Made by a program: the position numbers and the translations under genes. A stretch of DNA of 64,000 nt from Pelomyxa schiedti (lineage: Eukaryota; Protista; Evosea): assembly GCA_020536535.1 (NCBI GenBank), contig JAHLWZ010000455.1, positions 120,741 through 184,740 on the forward strand, in the 5' to 3' direction. Of this stretch, positions 26,599-39,028 are shown piece after piece (the stretch's first letter is position 1; each line of letters opens with the position of its first letter). The notes beneath the pieces are model-generated. The model was not told where the DNA came from and did no database searches. It worked only from the letters and a program-made list of their open reading frames with translations.

Positions 26599-27220
26599 CA
26601 CCCCCCAACCTCGATTGTGGTACTGATGAATCGGATTCTCTCCAACTGAACAGGCTTCTGCGGGGAGGCAATGTGGGAGTGTCGGCACGTGGAAGTGGTA
26701 CGCATGCGCCACCGTCCCACTCTGGTGGAATCTGAGGAGATCATCTGATACTTGGGATCATTCAAGGAAAGGAGAGATGCTACAAATTTCTCGATAAGAA
26801 TCTTCAGGCAGAAAGGCTGAATTGTGTTTGTTTGGTATTGAAACAGTAGTGCGAAGCACCAACAGCACAAACAAAAGCTGGGTCTGTGTGATCAATGAAC
26901 TCATTGTTGTACTATTCCGTTCTCCCATCCACGTCAGTGGACATCAGCTCATCGCCGTCACCACCCTTCTTTGAAAGCACGTTGCTGCTCTCCCACAATT
27001 TAATCCACTTCAGCCCCCAACTTTCATTTTGTCAGGCATGTCCCATGACTCGAGACTGAGGACACTGCCAATTTGCCTGCAAGAAATGTGCCTTGGTGTA
27101 TGTTGTCAATCAAACGAAGAAGAAAACAAAAACCCACTCATCAACCAAAACTAGGAACAAAAACATACATAAGTTATTGAAGGCCAAGTAACACCAAATA
27201 AACCTAAGGTACCATGCAGA

Positions 27221-28684
27221 GTGAATAATGGAGACACAGAAGAAGTGGTTTTCTATAACACAAGGGTAGCTACAGAGGCAGCATCCGCTGTGCAAATTGA
27301 TGACGGGTTCAATGTTGATGCTTGGGCTGGACCACTGGCTTCAGCTGGTTTGACTGCCAAAACGGGATTTGTAGAGCTTTCTGAACACCACGCCTTGTGC
27401 TTATTGAGGGCTTATGAGAGGTACCACGGAATTTGCAAGGTTGAAATGAAGTTGACCTGAATAAATTATTTAACATGAACAAGCCATTCACAATTTCTAA
27501 AGTTGTTTGTCGTAATTTAATACGCTTCAATCTCTACGTTTTCAATAACTAATTATGACCCCAAGCATCCTGGTGAGAAAGAAGACGCCCGTGACCTCAA
27601 ACAGTTGGCATCAATATTGACACATGGGATACAGTCAATTTCCCGCAGTGGTGTATTTGTAAGACTAGGCTCGCGGTCTCCTAAGGATGCTGCAATGCAA
27701 TCACAAAAGATGCGTGATCTTTTGGGAGAATATCTTGCACTTGGCTCGCATTCCGTTCCATGTCTTCATGGTATAGGTGAGGGTGTCAGTTCCGCAGCAA
27801 GGCAAAATTTCGAATTCTACGCATACTTTGCTGCTCAGATAGCTTCACTGAGGTGCACGAATGGCGGTCAGGCCGTGGAGCTTTTAGCAAAGAGCACCCG
27901 AGTGTACGAAGATTTGGGAAGAGAACTAAAGTGCTCTGCAATCCATACATGGGGAGTGAAGGTTTTGCAACACAGTACCAACTTGTCATTCACTCGATCA
28001 TCTCAACAGATTGCATTAAGAGAGTGGAACTCTATGCCAATCTCATATGAATTCCGAGGATTTGTTTGTCGTAAAAGACTCTGTGCCCTGTCTCAGTACT
28101 TTGATATGATTTATTTCCCCCCCGTGGCTCAAAACAAGGACGCTATTGCTCAGCGAATTCAACTTTTCTTCAACAACATTCTATTGCCTTTACTACCATT
28201 CGATGATGGTGTTGTTGATTTCCTTGCTGACCCAGATAGACCAGAAGTGTGTGTTATTGAGATGAATCCCTTTACTCGCTTCACGAGTGCTTGCATGTTC
28301 AACTGGAAGACCGATATAGACATTCTAGAAGGTTTTCTTTCTCATTCATCCTTTCTCGCTTGCTTTTCTTTCTCATCGGAAATAACCAGGGAGGCAGCCA
28401 TTTGAAATTCGTGTAGTTAAAGCACCCCTTCCAGTGGATAGAGAGCGAGAATCAGACAGCACCACAGGAAGATTGGAGTGGCTTTCTACTACGGCAATGG
28501 TGGCTGATCAGGATCTGCTGGCAGAGCATGGTGACATTCTAAAAATGGCTGCTGAGGTGGTTACAGACCCATTCGAAAGGTTGGCAATCTTGAACTACCT
28601 TACTTTCTTCTTACTTATGAATTAAGAATCAACAATTGCGTGAGTTATGCCTTGAAGCACAGAATGTACCGCCACCTAACTTGA
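27221..28684 (+). CDS. CDC123-related ATP-grasp protein (R2K clade); 5' end uncertain
   Basis: VFVRLGSRSPKDA, ALREW, EFRGFV..LCALSQYF, VVDF, VIEMNPF..TSACMFNW: Cdc123/R2K ATP-grasp motifs. Confidence 0.78.
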
Positions 28685-28935
28685 CCACTTTCGAGTGAAG
28701 ATAGTAATGGTTTTTTTGTTTAATTTGCAAATAAAAGCATTTTTTTCACCTGGACTATGCCCAAGTGGCTCTTTTGAAATAAACGAAAGCAGAAACAAAC
28801 ACACCACCAGTATCCTGGTGTTCAATAACAATGTGACCTGAGTGTGCTGCAACCACACCGGAGGAGCAACAAGAAAGAACCAGAGTTGTTCCCTCTGCGA
28901 CTTTGCATTGAAACTGCTCGATGCGGTCTTCCTGT

Positions 28936-30711
28936 TCATCTCGTGAATAGGGGGCTGTTGTAAGGGAACTTAACCTGATGTGAGGCTTTTTCTCGGAAAT
29001 TGGGGTCTAGTTCTGGGTGCATATTGTCGGAGTTGTACTCGTGCAAGAACAGGTCGTTCTCAAACAAACCGGATTTCCTCCATAAAGGCCTGCTGAAGGG
29101 GGGTGGCTCTTTCCCCTCTTCAATGTATGACGAATTTAGAACTGCACACTCGGGATGGTTATGGCCGTGAACAATAAGCATAAGTGAAACCCCAAGTGAG
29201 GCAAATAAGGCCTTCAGCAAAGGCCCGAGTATCGGAAATGTTTCTGGGAACCTTGGGGTTCTGGCTTCTAAGAAGTCTGTCATGTAGTTGGATGGTACAC
29301 AGTTGTCAAATAGTTTGCGGTTGATGCTCAGTATTTCGCACACTTTATCAATAAACTCTTTTGGTGGTTGCTGGCATTTCAAAGTTCCTACAAAATCTGG
29401 GATTAGAACTCCCGACTTGCGAGAGTATAGAAAGAAAACGTCAGCAAGAACTCTCTGCAGAGGCAGTTCCAGGGATGAAAAACAGGATGCTAGAGAGCCG
29501 GCAAGCCACAGTTCTGAAAGTTGTTGTATTACACTGCTGTATCCTCCGTGTGTTACTGCATCCACTAAATGAACCCAACTGAACCGCAAGTCAGGTACGG
29601 CATGTGAAAAAAAGAGGCAAGTCGGCTTTCCTCCTGTCATTTCAAAATAGTTTAATAATAGCAGGCAGGAGGGCAATGAGCGCACGAAGTTCCGTACAGT
29701 TTCGAGGTCAGCCCCAATACCAAGGGCAGCATCAACCGTACCATTATCAGGGGTTCCAAATCCACTATACCCACTACCGCCTTTAAACATGAGGTGCTCG
29801 TGATTTCCCCGCAAGGCAAAGCAGAATCCGCCACGTTCCCGACCGCTTGTAGCACAAAGAATTCTCGCCACAATGGCAAGTACCGGCAGAGTCGCACATC
29901 CCCGGTCAATGTAGTCTCCAATAAAAACCAGAACACAGCCCTCAGCAACCGAAAAGTCCTCGTTCAAAATACCAATGTTGAGGAGGTTTGCCAATCCAGA
30001 GCAGAGCTCATGCACGCTCCCATGAACGTCACCAATTGAAGCTACTCTCAGATGGGTTCCAGTTCCACTATCCATGCTGTGAGATTGAAGTCTTCCCAAA
30101 GCCACACACTGAGCGAATTCCATATTTGAAGCAGTTACATTGTCGCCTAAAGGGGGAGGCAGCACAACGCTGATTGTGGGACGCGGTGCTTTTGTTGCCT
30201 CGAGAATCTCCTGCAGCTCGGCCGTCGTCATCTGCGATTTCTTGGCCGCCTTGGGTCCCCCTGGGCCCCCGCGAGATGCAGCGGCCGTGGGAATCGGAGG
30301 AGGAGGAGGCGGCGCACCAGGCACCGAGCACAGCGCCACAGGAGGCGGCGGAGGGGGCAGGGGCGAGGCAGAAAGTGGGGGCTGCGGCTGCGGTTGCGGC
30401 GGCGGCGGCGGCAGGGGGTCCGAGGACTCGGCGGGGCGCGGGGACAGATCCAGAAGGAAGCGGGGTGCCCAGGCTGCCTGGGTGGCTTTGGCGAGGAGGG
30501 CACACAGGGCCTCGCGGTCCGCCGGGGACGCGGCGCACGAGGGCTCGCGGCCGAGGGACCACGAGAAAGGGCTCCGAGGAGCGGAACAGCACGACGGAGG
30601 GGGAAGCCGAGTGGGATTGAAGGCTTCTGGCGTCGACGCTACGTGAGAGACCACGGTACGCAGAGCCCCCGAAATCACAACCCCGAGCTCAATCGGCCCG
30701 GGCCAACTCAT
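28936..30711 (-). CDS. Intronless calcineurin-like (PPP family, bacterial-type) metallophosphoesterase with Pro-rich N-terminus
   Basis: 591-aa uninterrupted ORF with GDVHG, GDYIDRG, LRGNHE, FSHA and HGHNH metal-binding motifs. Confidence 0.85.
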   Translation of the reverse strand: MSWPGPIELGVVISGALRTVVSHVASTPEAFNPTRLPPPSCCSAPRSPFSWSLGREPSCAASPADREALCALLAKATQAAWAPRFLLDLSPRPAESSDPLPPPPPQPQPQPPLSASPLPPPPPPVALCSVPGAPPPPPPIPTAAASRGGPGGPKAAKKSQMTTAELQEILEATKAPRPTISVVLPPPLGDNVTASNMEFAQCVALGRLQSHSMDSGTGTHLRVASIGDVHGSVHELCSGLANLLNIGILNEDFSVAEGCVLVFIGDYIDRGCATLPVLAIVARILCATSGRERGGFCFALRGNHEHLMFKGGSGYSGFGTPDNGTVDAALGIGADLETVRNFVRSLPSCLLLLNYFEMTGGKPTCLFFSHAVPDLRFSWVHLVDAVTHGGYSSVIQQLSELWLAGSLASCFSSLELPLQRVLADVFFLYSRKSGVLIPDFVGTLKCQQPPKEFIDKVCEILSINRKLFDNCVPSNYMTDFLEARTPRFPETFPILGPLLKALFASLGVSLMLIVHGHNHPECAVLNSSYIEEGKEPPPFSRPLWRKSGLFENDLFLHEYNSDNMHPELDPNFREKASHQVKFPYNSPLFTR

Positions 30712-30969
30712 TGGTTGCTCTTTCTCCGAAACCAGGAGTTCTCAGACTGTCTTCCTCGAGGACATCTCTCTGGCATTTACATCACATGCTGAGGGTGGAA
30801 GGAGTAAGCGAGGTGGAGCGTATTGGGGGTACCCGGAGAAGAAAATTCCTGCGAATATCTGTTGGCAAAAACAAGGTCGAGGCAAATCAATCAAGTGTGG
30901 TGTTAGCCACTGCTGTGTCGTAGATCCGCGTGGGCAATAAAGAAATAACAATCAGGCAGAGAGTAATAA

Positions 30970-31546
30970 ATGAGCGTCGGGGTTCCGGTGAAAGTTCTTC
31001 ACGAGGCTGAGGGCCTCATTGTCACAGCCGAGCTGAGAACCGGCGAAATGTATCGTGGCAAATTGGTCGATAGCGAAGATAACATGTTCGTTTGTCTCTT
31101 TTTTTTATTTTTATTCTTTTGTTTTGCTGACTCGATTGTAGGAACTGCCACATGCAGGTGAGACTTCATGACTTTCCTATTCTACTGTCAAACTTTTTTT
31201 TTTCCCCCTCCCTTTTTGTCTTCTAACTTGAACCAAAAAATCCTCTAGGATGTCACATACACGGCACGTGATGGACGCGTGTCGCACCTTGATGCAATTT
31301 TCATCCGTGGCAGTAAATTACGTTTTCTGCTCTTGCCTGACATGCTTAAGAATGCTCCAATGTTCAAGCGCGCAGACCCAAAGACCAGCAGCGCGAGGGG
31401 CAAGGGCCTAGGCCTTGGAAGAGCACGCGGTGGCATTCGGGGAAGAGGAAGAGGTCTGCATCACCCGATCTCGGTTTTCTTTTAACCACTTCTTAGGAAG
31501 AAGAGGTTCAACAACTCCAGGCAACGCTCCACCCCATTCATCCTAA
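30970..31546 (+). CDS. SNRPD3: Small nuclear ribonucleoprotein Sm D3
   Basis: [27 protein letters not shown]|NCHMQ|[40 protein letters not shown] plus an RG-rich tail; three GT-AG introns. Confidence 0.97.
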
Positions 31547-31620
31547 TCCAAACGGTTTTTTTTGTTTGGCAAGAAAATACCCCAAAGAGCCTTTTCAAAG
31601 ATTTTGGAATGAGCTTTATC

Positions 31621-33590
31621 TCAGGTCTTTTCCTTTTTAATTGGTTTTATGGGTTTTCTGGGTCTGGGTGCCTTGGTAGAAGCTGTTGCACTTTTCTTTG
31701 GTGGTCTTACCTCCGGTTCTTCGTCATCATCATCTTCTTCGTCGTCATCTTCTTCATCCTCATCATGGTCTTCACTTCCATCTTCATTTTCATCGCCATT
31801 ACCTTCGTCAGACCCATCTTCATCGTCATCCTCACTGTCACGGTCACTTTCCTCCCTCACTTCATCAGGAAGAAGATCATCAATGGCAGTGTCTAGCAGT
31901 TCCCACACATCATCAGCACTCTCCTTCTTTACCTTTGCCACAACAGGAGGTTCAGAGAAGAACAGTAATGTAGAGCACTGGTGCTTGATATATATCTTTT
32001 GTTGGTGAGTAATTTTCTCAAGTAAAGCATTGAACTTGTGGTGAAAATAACCTTGAGGGAGCTCTGGCGTCTCCCAAGTTCGAAAACGTGCAAGTATCTG
32101 TCCAATCCCGCAGCGGCAACAAAAGGGCATTCCTCAATGTTGGGATGACAGGCTATGGCTTTGACTGCTCCTGCAATGCCTTTAAAGCCTCCCATTAGCA
32201 GTCCGGTTCTGAGGTTTACCTGGGAATAAGAATTTAAGTATTTAGAATTACGGGTGTCCCGGCTTACCCTGAACATTTCCCCGATCGTGGAGCCAACAAA
32301 GGCTGATCTATTAGTGGAGTGAGAAGGTTGGTGTTGATTGGAGAAAAAAAAACTCACTTTCCATCTGGGTGGAGTTCAACAATTGTAATGGCATTTTCTG
32401 CAACAATTTTGCTCACTGTGGGTCTCTGTTTCCGGTAGACATTGTATACTCGGAACTGTTGTTTGTAAATATCTTCTAATAGATATTGTTTTGTATACAT
32501 GCTTATATGAGGTGCCTACAGCGATGTGCATGGGGTTCCTTGCAAATTGGAGATCCGCAATCCACACGCGAGGGGCCAAATGATTAATTGGTAAACCCTA
32601 ATAGGAATTACGAGAAGAGAAAAGAGTTCTGTACCAACATTCAGTGCTTCCCACAGGGGTTGTTTTGGAGAGTCCAAAGCATAAACTCTAAGATTGTTAT
32701 TGTTACCACCAGCTGCAATAACTGCTTGTAGAGTTCGTGTCTTTGGGGGTTCCGTTTTCACTGAAGGTGTAGTCGCTGAAGTAGTGGTTTGTATTCCCTC
32801 ATTCTCATCCTCAACCTTGACACGAATTTGCGTGCTAGTTGAAGGCCTGCTGGACTCCACAGTGGGAGTTGCTTTAGACTTTGTCATTTTCGTTTTCTTT
32901 GTGGGTGTTGTTGATGGACTCGATGATGGCGCATTACTGGGTGATGTGGTCTTCTTCCCTTTGGGGTCAGATGCCGTGGTAGTTGGATTTTGGTAAGGAG
33001 TCCTCGGTTTGGGAAGTGGGGATGGCCACATTGCTGTTCTCGCTCTGGACACTGGCCCTCTGATTTTGAAATGTCGTGCACATTTTGGTGGGTTTGCTGG
33101 GTTTGTGAGAGGGAATACTCTGACATCTCCAGTCTCACTCACAACAACAAAGTGATCAGGCCTACACCATTTTTTGTGTTTCAAATAAGAGATTGGCGAA
33201 AAAAAAAAAAAAAAAAAAAAAAAGTATTTGCAACCCACTCGGCCACTATTAATAAGGGCGACGAAGATACATACTTTGCAGGATGCACGCACAAGGAGAC
33301 AGCCTTGTTTGCGTAGATGCCAACCAACCGCGGGGGGGTGCTGGTCACCACGTCCACCACGAACACCTTGTTCTTCGTAGCCGCGATCACGAAGTGGTCC
33401 GCGCCGCCGGGCATCCAGCACATGCACTCAATTGGCACCCCTGGGGCTCCCAGTGGCGGGAGTGTCAGTATCACCTTGCCGTCGTCCGCGCTGATGACTG
33501 CACGTCGCGTCGTAAGGAAACAAAGAAAGTTGGCAAGTTCAAACAGAAACCCTTTATGAAGCCCGTGAGAGTCCCGACGACTACACGCAT
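31621..33590 (-). CDS. WDR74: WD-repeat ribosome biogenesis protein WDR74/NSA1
   Basis: MRVVVGTLTGFIK start; IAAGGNNNNLRVY..LWEALNV; FVGSTIGEM; LMGGFKGIAGAVKAIACHP..VAAAGLDRYLHVF; acidic/basic tail with DDVWELL. The first exon is duplicated across the N gap. Confidence 0.85.
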
Positions 33591-33607
33591 GTCGTTTCGT
33601 AGGGTCG

Positions 33608-33707
33608 NNNNNNNNNNNNNNNNNNNNNNNNNNNNNNNNNNNNNNNNNNNNNNNNNNNNNNNNNNNNNNNNNNNNNNNNNNNNNNNNNNNNNNNNNNNNN
33701 NNNNNNN
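33608..33707. other. 100-N scaffold gap flanked by an exact 121-bp duplicated sequence
   Basis: 33487-33607 is identical to 33708-33828. Confidence 0.95.
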
Positions 33708-34252
33708 CGCGCTGATGACTGCACGTCGCGTCGTAAGGAAACAAAGAAAGTTGGCAAGTTCAAACAGAAACCCTTTATGAAGCCCGTGAGAGTCCCGACG
33801 ACTACACGCATGTCGTTTCGTAGGGTCGGCCCGTGTTAATTAATTCGAATAGCGATGTGCAACTGCTCCAAGAGATTTCGCATGGAGGAGTGGCAGGGTT
33901 TGATTAGAAGGATACTTCAGGATAGCTTGGCAACGTGAGGGTTTATCCATGTGGGAGAGAATGCCCTCCCGACAAGCTTGGTCCATGAAGGAGTGCATCT
34001 GTTCCGCAAGGGAATCTGAAGGCTTCGAAGGAACCAGATGGTAGATTGATGACTTCGTCGGTCTTCGAAGGAAGTGACTTGAATTGGGAGAAAAACACTT
34101 GAATTGTGTTCTTCTTCTTGTTCCATAAAATCTTCCTGCGAATTAGGGACGAATAAAATGAAGAAAGTGCATGCCCGCAGAAACCATCAAAACAAAACTA
34201 AAAAAAAAAAAGCCGATCGTCGATCACACCCCCGTAGAACGAGTAACGAACA

Positions 34253-35890
34253 ATGAACACAAGTGGTAGGCACCAAGGAGATCTTCTCATTGACTGACTC
34301 TTATACAGCACCGCGTTTAATTTCCAAGCCCCGCCCGGATCTTCAAGCATTCGAACCCGATACGTATCCTGTGTATGAGTTGAACCCGGCAGCCAATACG
34401 ATACACATGTGCCCTTCTCCGCCGTCGAAATTGCGCCGTGTGCAGTCGCTCAAAACTCGGGACAACCCCTACCAAAGACCTCAGAAACTCTCGCCCACAA
34501 GCCCCAGTAATAGCTTGTGTTGCCTGCTCCCGGCTCCTACCAGGAATAACGCTAGTCCCCAGACTCCTCCTGTGGCACCGGAATCTCTGTACAGTGAAAT
34601 GACTCCGCCGCGGGCAACTAGGACGACTACAGCAGCCCCGGCTTCACCTCCGTCGACACCATTGGCGCCTACGAAAATGTCCTTGCAGCGCTCCCGTGTT
34701 AGGGCATTTATGCCTCCACCTTCATTTCCCCAGTTTAGTGTGGAGGACACCACTTCCGGCTCTCCCTTTTGGGCACGTGCATCTCTTTGCCACTCCACCC
34801 AGAGGCATTCGATTTTTATGTCTGGGGATAGAGTAGTCAAAATGACTCTGTATCCGTATGTTCTATAAGCACTGGTGGTCTTATAACAATTATTAGGCTA
34901 TACAACCGTCAGCTACTAGATGAAGCCGAGGTTATGTGTGCTCTTATTGGGCAACCTCATTGCGTGCAACTTTGTAACGTGTGGATGGAAGGAGAGCTCG
35001 TATGTCTGGAGGTAGACCATAAACTCCTCTTTTTTTTTTTTTTATTAACATGGCTTTTAGATGGAAGCTGGACTGAAAACCCTATACCAGATTATTCACG
35101 ATCAACCCAAGGCGATTTCTGATGACGAATTTTGGAATCATGCTATCGATATCGCCCTGGTATTAGCTTGCATCTTTTTTTTTTTTGCACTAAACCTCTC
35201 CAGGGGTTGCAAGAAATGAGTGACCGTGGAGTTCTCCACAAAGATGTGAAGCCCCATAATATAGTCGAATGCAAAGATGGATACCTCTTTTTTATTGATT
35301 TCGGTCAGTCATTAAGAGGTATCATTTATAGCGTTTCACTTTTTACTTATTTTTTTATGCAGTCCCTTTTTCCCTTCCAAGCCATGATGATATGGATTCT
35401 TATGGTGACGGAGCCTATCTGGCTCCTGAATTTGCCTCGAAGAAAGTAACCCCTGCGTGGGACGCATTCTCCTATGGGTATGTGTCGTATGGCATCATTA
35501 GATTAGTAATTTTGATTTCCAGGATGACGTGCTTAGAAATGATAGCTCGTGTAGATATGACAGCGAAAGGTCTTAGGGAGTTTCTGCTGAATGCCTCCTC
35601 TCCAGAAGTGTTTTTCTCGAAGGTAGCATATCACTCTTCCAGTCATCCCTGTTAACTTTTTTTTTTAGTTCCCACAAGCACAAACCCACTCACCAGAGGT
35701 TCTTGATTTCATCTGGAAGTTAACAAGACCAGACCCCTTGGAAAGAATGACAGTAGCTCAAGTCTTGTCGGACTGCAACTTGTCTGAGAGGATCCAAGCC
35801 AGAAAAGTTACCCAAATGCGAGCGACCGCCGGTAATTCAGCTGAACTGCATAGGAAGATTGAAGCTTGTGCCCGGTCTTGCTCAAGCTGA
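34253..35890 (+). CDS. Divergent Wee1/Myt1-like protein kinase
   Basis: SP/TP-rich N-terminus; VVKM; HKDVKPHN; FIDFG; YGDGAYLAPEF (Wee-type GDxxYLAPE); WDAFSYG; PDPLERMT. Multi-exon; the Gly-rich loop is not recognisable. Confidence 0.7.
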
Positions 35891-35964
35891 ATTCATGCGG
35901 CCTTGTAAATTAGCCCCAACTATCTGTACTATACCTATCCCCTACAGAAAGGCTGAAAGTGTAC

Positions 35965-37090
35965 TTATACACTCTCAACATAGCAACTCTCAACACCCCC
36001 ACCAAACTCCCTTGTGCTAATAGAACCCACTTTGGGAGGTTTTTTGAAACCCCAACAAGCTAAGCCAAAACATTGGGTATTACTTGTTTTCCGTGGAGTT
36101 GTGCCTTCATCGAGCCTGCAGCACGTGCACGACGAGACAGAGAGTATTTTCAGAGTGTAGCGCCAAAAAGCGGGTTTACCCGCAAGAGGATAGTTGTTGG
36201 GGATTGCTGATGGAAACACTGATGTTAGTATCGATTATCGACTGGAAATACTTGAAAGCACCACTTCACCACTTCCAAGCTTTCACTCTTGCATGCCTTC
36301 TGGTGGACCGATGGCCATCCATCATAGTTCCTGAAACTCTCACCCAAGTGAAAGGTGTTGAACAACCACTGGGCCAGCTCCAGGTGGCCATGAGACAATG
36401 CACCACAAAACGGACCAACAAACTCCCAAGGATCCCTGATGTTGAACCTCTCAACAACCCACTTTGCAACATCCATGTGCCCATTCTTGCGCACCCTCTT
36501 CAGAATTCCCACATCCCTCACGTGGTCTCCAATTCCACCATGAGAACCATCACCCACAATTCCGTTGCCGCCGCTGCAGCAGCTCCTCCACGTGAGACCA
36601 CCACCAGGCCACCTCCCGTCAACCAGAGTCTTGGCCATTTCGAGGTGTCCACCACCACACAACCCCCAAGGACCAAAATGACCTCCTTGTTGTTGTTTTT
36701 CCTGCTGCTGGTCCATCCATCAGCGACTGCGCCCACAATCCCGTTACACTTCGCCATCATCACGATGTTTCACCGTGTGTCTGTTAGTGATGAGCCAGTT
36801 GACACACGAGGTCGCGCCGGCCTCTGGGGCCGCGTCGATTGCGAGGTGGTGGGAGGCGCAAGAGGGACGAGGACACGAGGCCAACGAGGGGGAACACGCC
36901 CTCCCCCATCCGGAACATCACCGCGTGTTTGGTGTCCATCGCGCGAGACATGGACGCTGCGGGAGCGAGTGGGTGCGTTTGTGATTGTGGGACCAGCCAC
37001 GGCATCACCCACTCCCAGACGATCTTGGACAACCACACAACTCGCAGTTTTGATCGATGTTTGACTGTCATTGTTCCAGTAAAAATTCGA
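35965..37090 (-). pseudogene. Frameshifted member of a lineage-expanded ankyrin-like family
   Basis: Family-like segments lie in different frames: LSKIVWEWVMPW..FPLVGLV / AGATSCVNWL (ends in taa) / KEVILVL then GLCGGGHLEMAK..GHMDVAKWVVERF..GHLELAQWL..LEVVKWC. No GT-AG introns explain the shifts. Confidence 0.65.
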
Positions 37091-37479
37091 ACAGCTAAGC
37101 TGTCTGATGGTTCAACACGGCCGTTTGTTGGGCGTGGGCAGGTGTGGTGGCTTAGGTTACTGGCCTTGGTACCACAGGTGAACAACGGCACAAAGCATTC
37201 AGGACCACACCATCTCGCGCCTGGGAGAGTGTCGCCAGGCTGTGCTTGACTATTTTGAGGTGGGAAGCATGGGTGTGTTTTTTTGGACGTTGCCGTGCTG
37301 GAAAGTCTGTGCACAGCCCTTATCGGCGACTGCACACCCAGTTTTTTTGGTTTAAACCAGCATTAAATGCTACGACACTACTTTCTCTGATCTCTGAGGA
37401 AGGAGCACAGTGCGATCTTTTTTTTTATTTCGTTTGCAAATGCATTTCAACGAGGGTTTGTCCCGCACTGCCGTAGTTG

Positions 37480-38940
37480 GGAGCAGAAAACAAGGTGATT
37501 TTTTCCCAACTCACAATTTTCCTTATGTTTGCCTCTCATTCCTGTGCCTTAGCTCCCTTGGTGCCTTTAATTTCGGATTCGTTTCCTGGACTCCAGTGGC
37601 CCAGCATCATGGGACAAAGTGCTTGTTATACTGAAAAAATCTCTCTCACCCTTCTTGCTATGTACTGTGCCTCCCTGTGGGATTACACTATCGCCTCCTC
37701 TCTTACTTTGGGCTTTGGCTTCTTACAGCAAGTATGCTGAATATGGGTACACTGTATCCTTCTAAGCTGATTTTTAGGTGTTGCCCTCTTGTATTGATAT
37801 CAAAGCTCCAACTTCAGCCATTCTACTTGGGTTCTGCTGAATCAGCTTCTGTCTTTCCTTGGGGTATCCTTTTTTGATGCCCATAATTTGCCATTTCCTT
37901 GTGGTTGCTTCTCAGTGCCATTACCGTTGAGCTGTATGTTTGGCTTTTCCCCAGTATGTGCAATTGAAAGGCAGTTGGCAACTGCGGGTCTGTTTACTTC
38001 CTCATAGTTTGCTTCTAACTCCAGCACTAGGTCCAATTTGAAAGCGCTTTGTAATTTCCTTACTTGGTGAACTTATGCAAAGCTATGCATCTTCTTGTCT
38101 TGATTTATTGCTGCTATCTTGCTGGCATTTTCACATTTCCCTAAATATGCTTTACCTGTGTATGCAGTGCCTTTCTCTGTTTGTGCCTCCAATTCATTGC
38201 ATTCAGGTTGTCCATATTTTAACTGCTTGTGTGAGTTGCTCTTTATGTTGGTGAGGCAGTGCAAAATCTTTGTACACTGTTGTCATTTTGCCGGCATGCT
38301 ATGCTGATATTGGCATCTCAATGTGCACAGATTCCACATAGCATATCATTCCGGCAATTGTACATCACCTCCACATACTGCTTGGTCAACACTCAGGTTT
38401 CCATCTCCTATTGTGCAATTTGACTTCTTACAGCAAACCTTACATCGTCCACCATTCTTCCCCCTGGTTAATCACACAAGATCCTGGTCATGTGGGGTAT
38501 CTACAGATAAGGGGCCCACCCACTCCACTCTTGCACACAGGCCCACCACCCAGGCACTGACCATCACGCATCCCACTGCCATGGTTGTTGTTAGTGTTTA
38601 ATGTGAATGGTGTTCTTGTGGAGGTGTCCAAGATAGTGCCACTGTGGGAACAAGGGCTAAGGGAGCCCTTGGACAAGGTGCACCTTCTGCTGATGGGGCA
38701 GCCCCTTGCTCCCAGGTAGTACTCACTACGCTGGTGAGATTCCAACCATCAGCTAGAGGCACATTTGTGTTTCCAGTACCAATTCACATCCCATAATTCT
38801 GGTGGGGAAAAAAAAAAGGAGGTTCTTAAGATAAAAGCTGCTACATAAACTGGGCTCCCCCCAAATGGGTTTCAACTACATTGCATTGGAGTGATGTAAG
38901 ACCTCTTTTGGCTTTCTAACAATGTCTCAATGACTCTTGA
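37480..38940. other. CpG-depleted non-genic tract, probable decayed repeat/transposon
   Basis: About 8 CpG counted by eye in 37741-38940 despite moderate GC. Only short broken ORFs. Confidence 0.45.
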
Positions 38941-39028
38941 CCTTATTTGGCTCCAAAAACACAACAAACAGGACACATAGTTTTTATTAAAGTTTTTGTG
39001 ATAAGGTAACAGCAAAACATACAGTACC

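Noticed and set aside
26598-27110. Short minus-strand ORF fragments between ARP5 and the ATP-grasp gene
   Set aside because: No consistent spliced frame or recognisable motif could be built.
33487-33828. Exact 121-bp direct repeat duplicating the WDR74 first exon
   Set aside because: It flanks a 100-N gap exactly; typical unmerged contig overlap, not biology.
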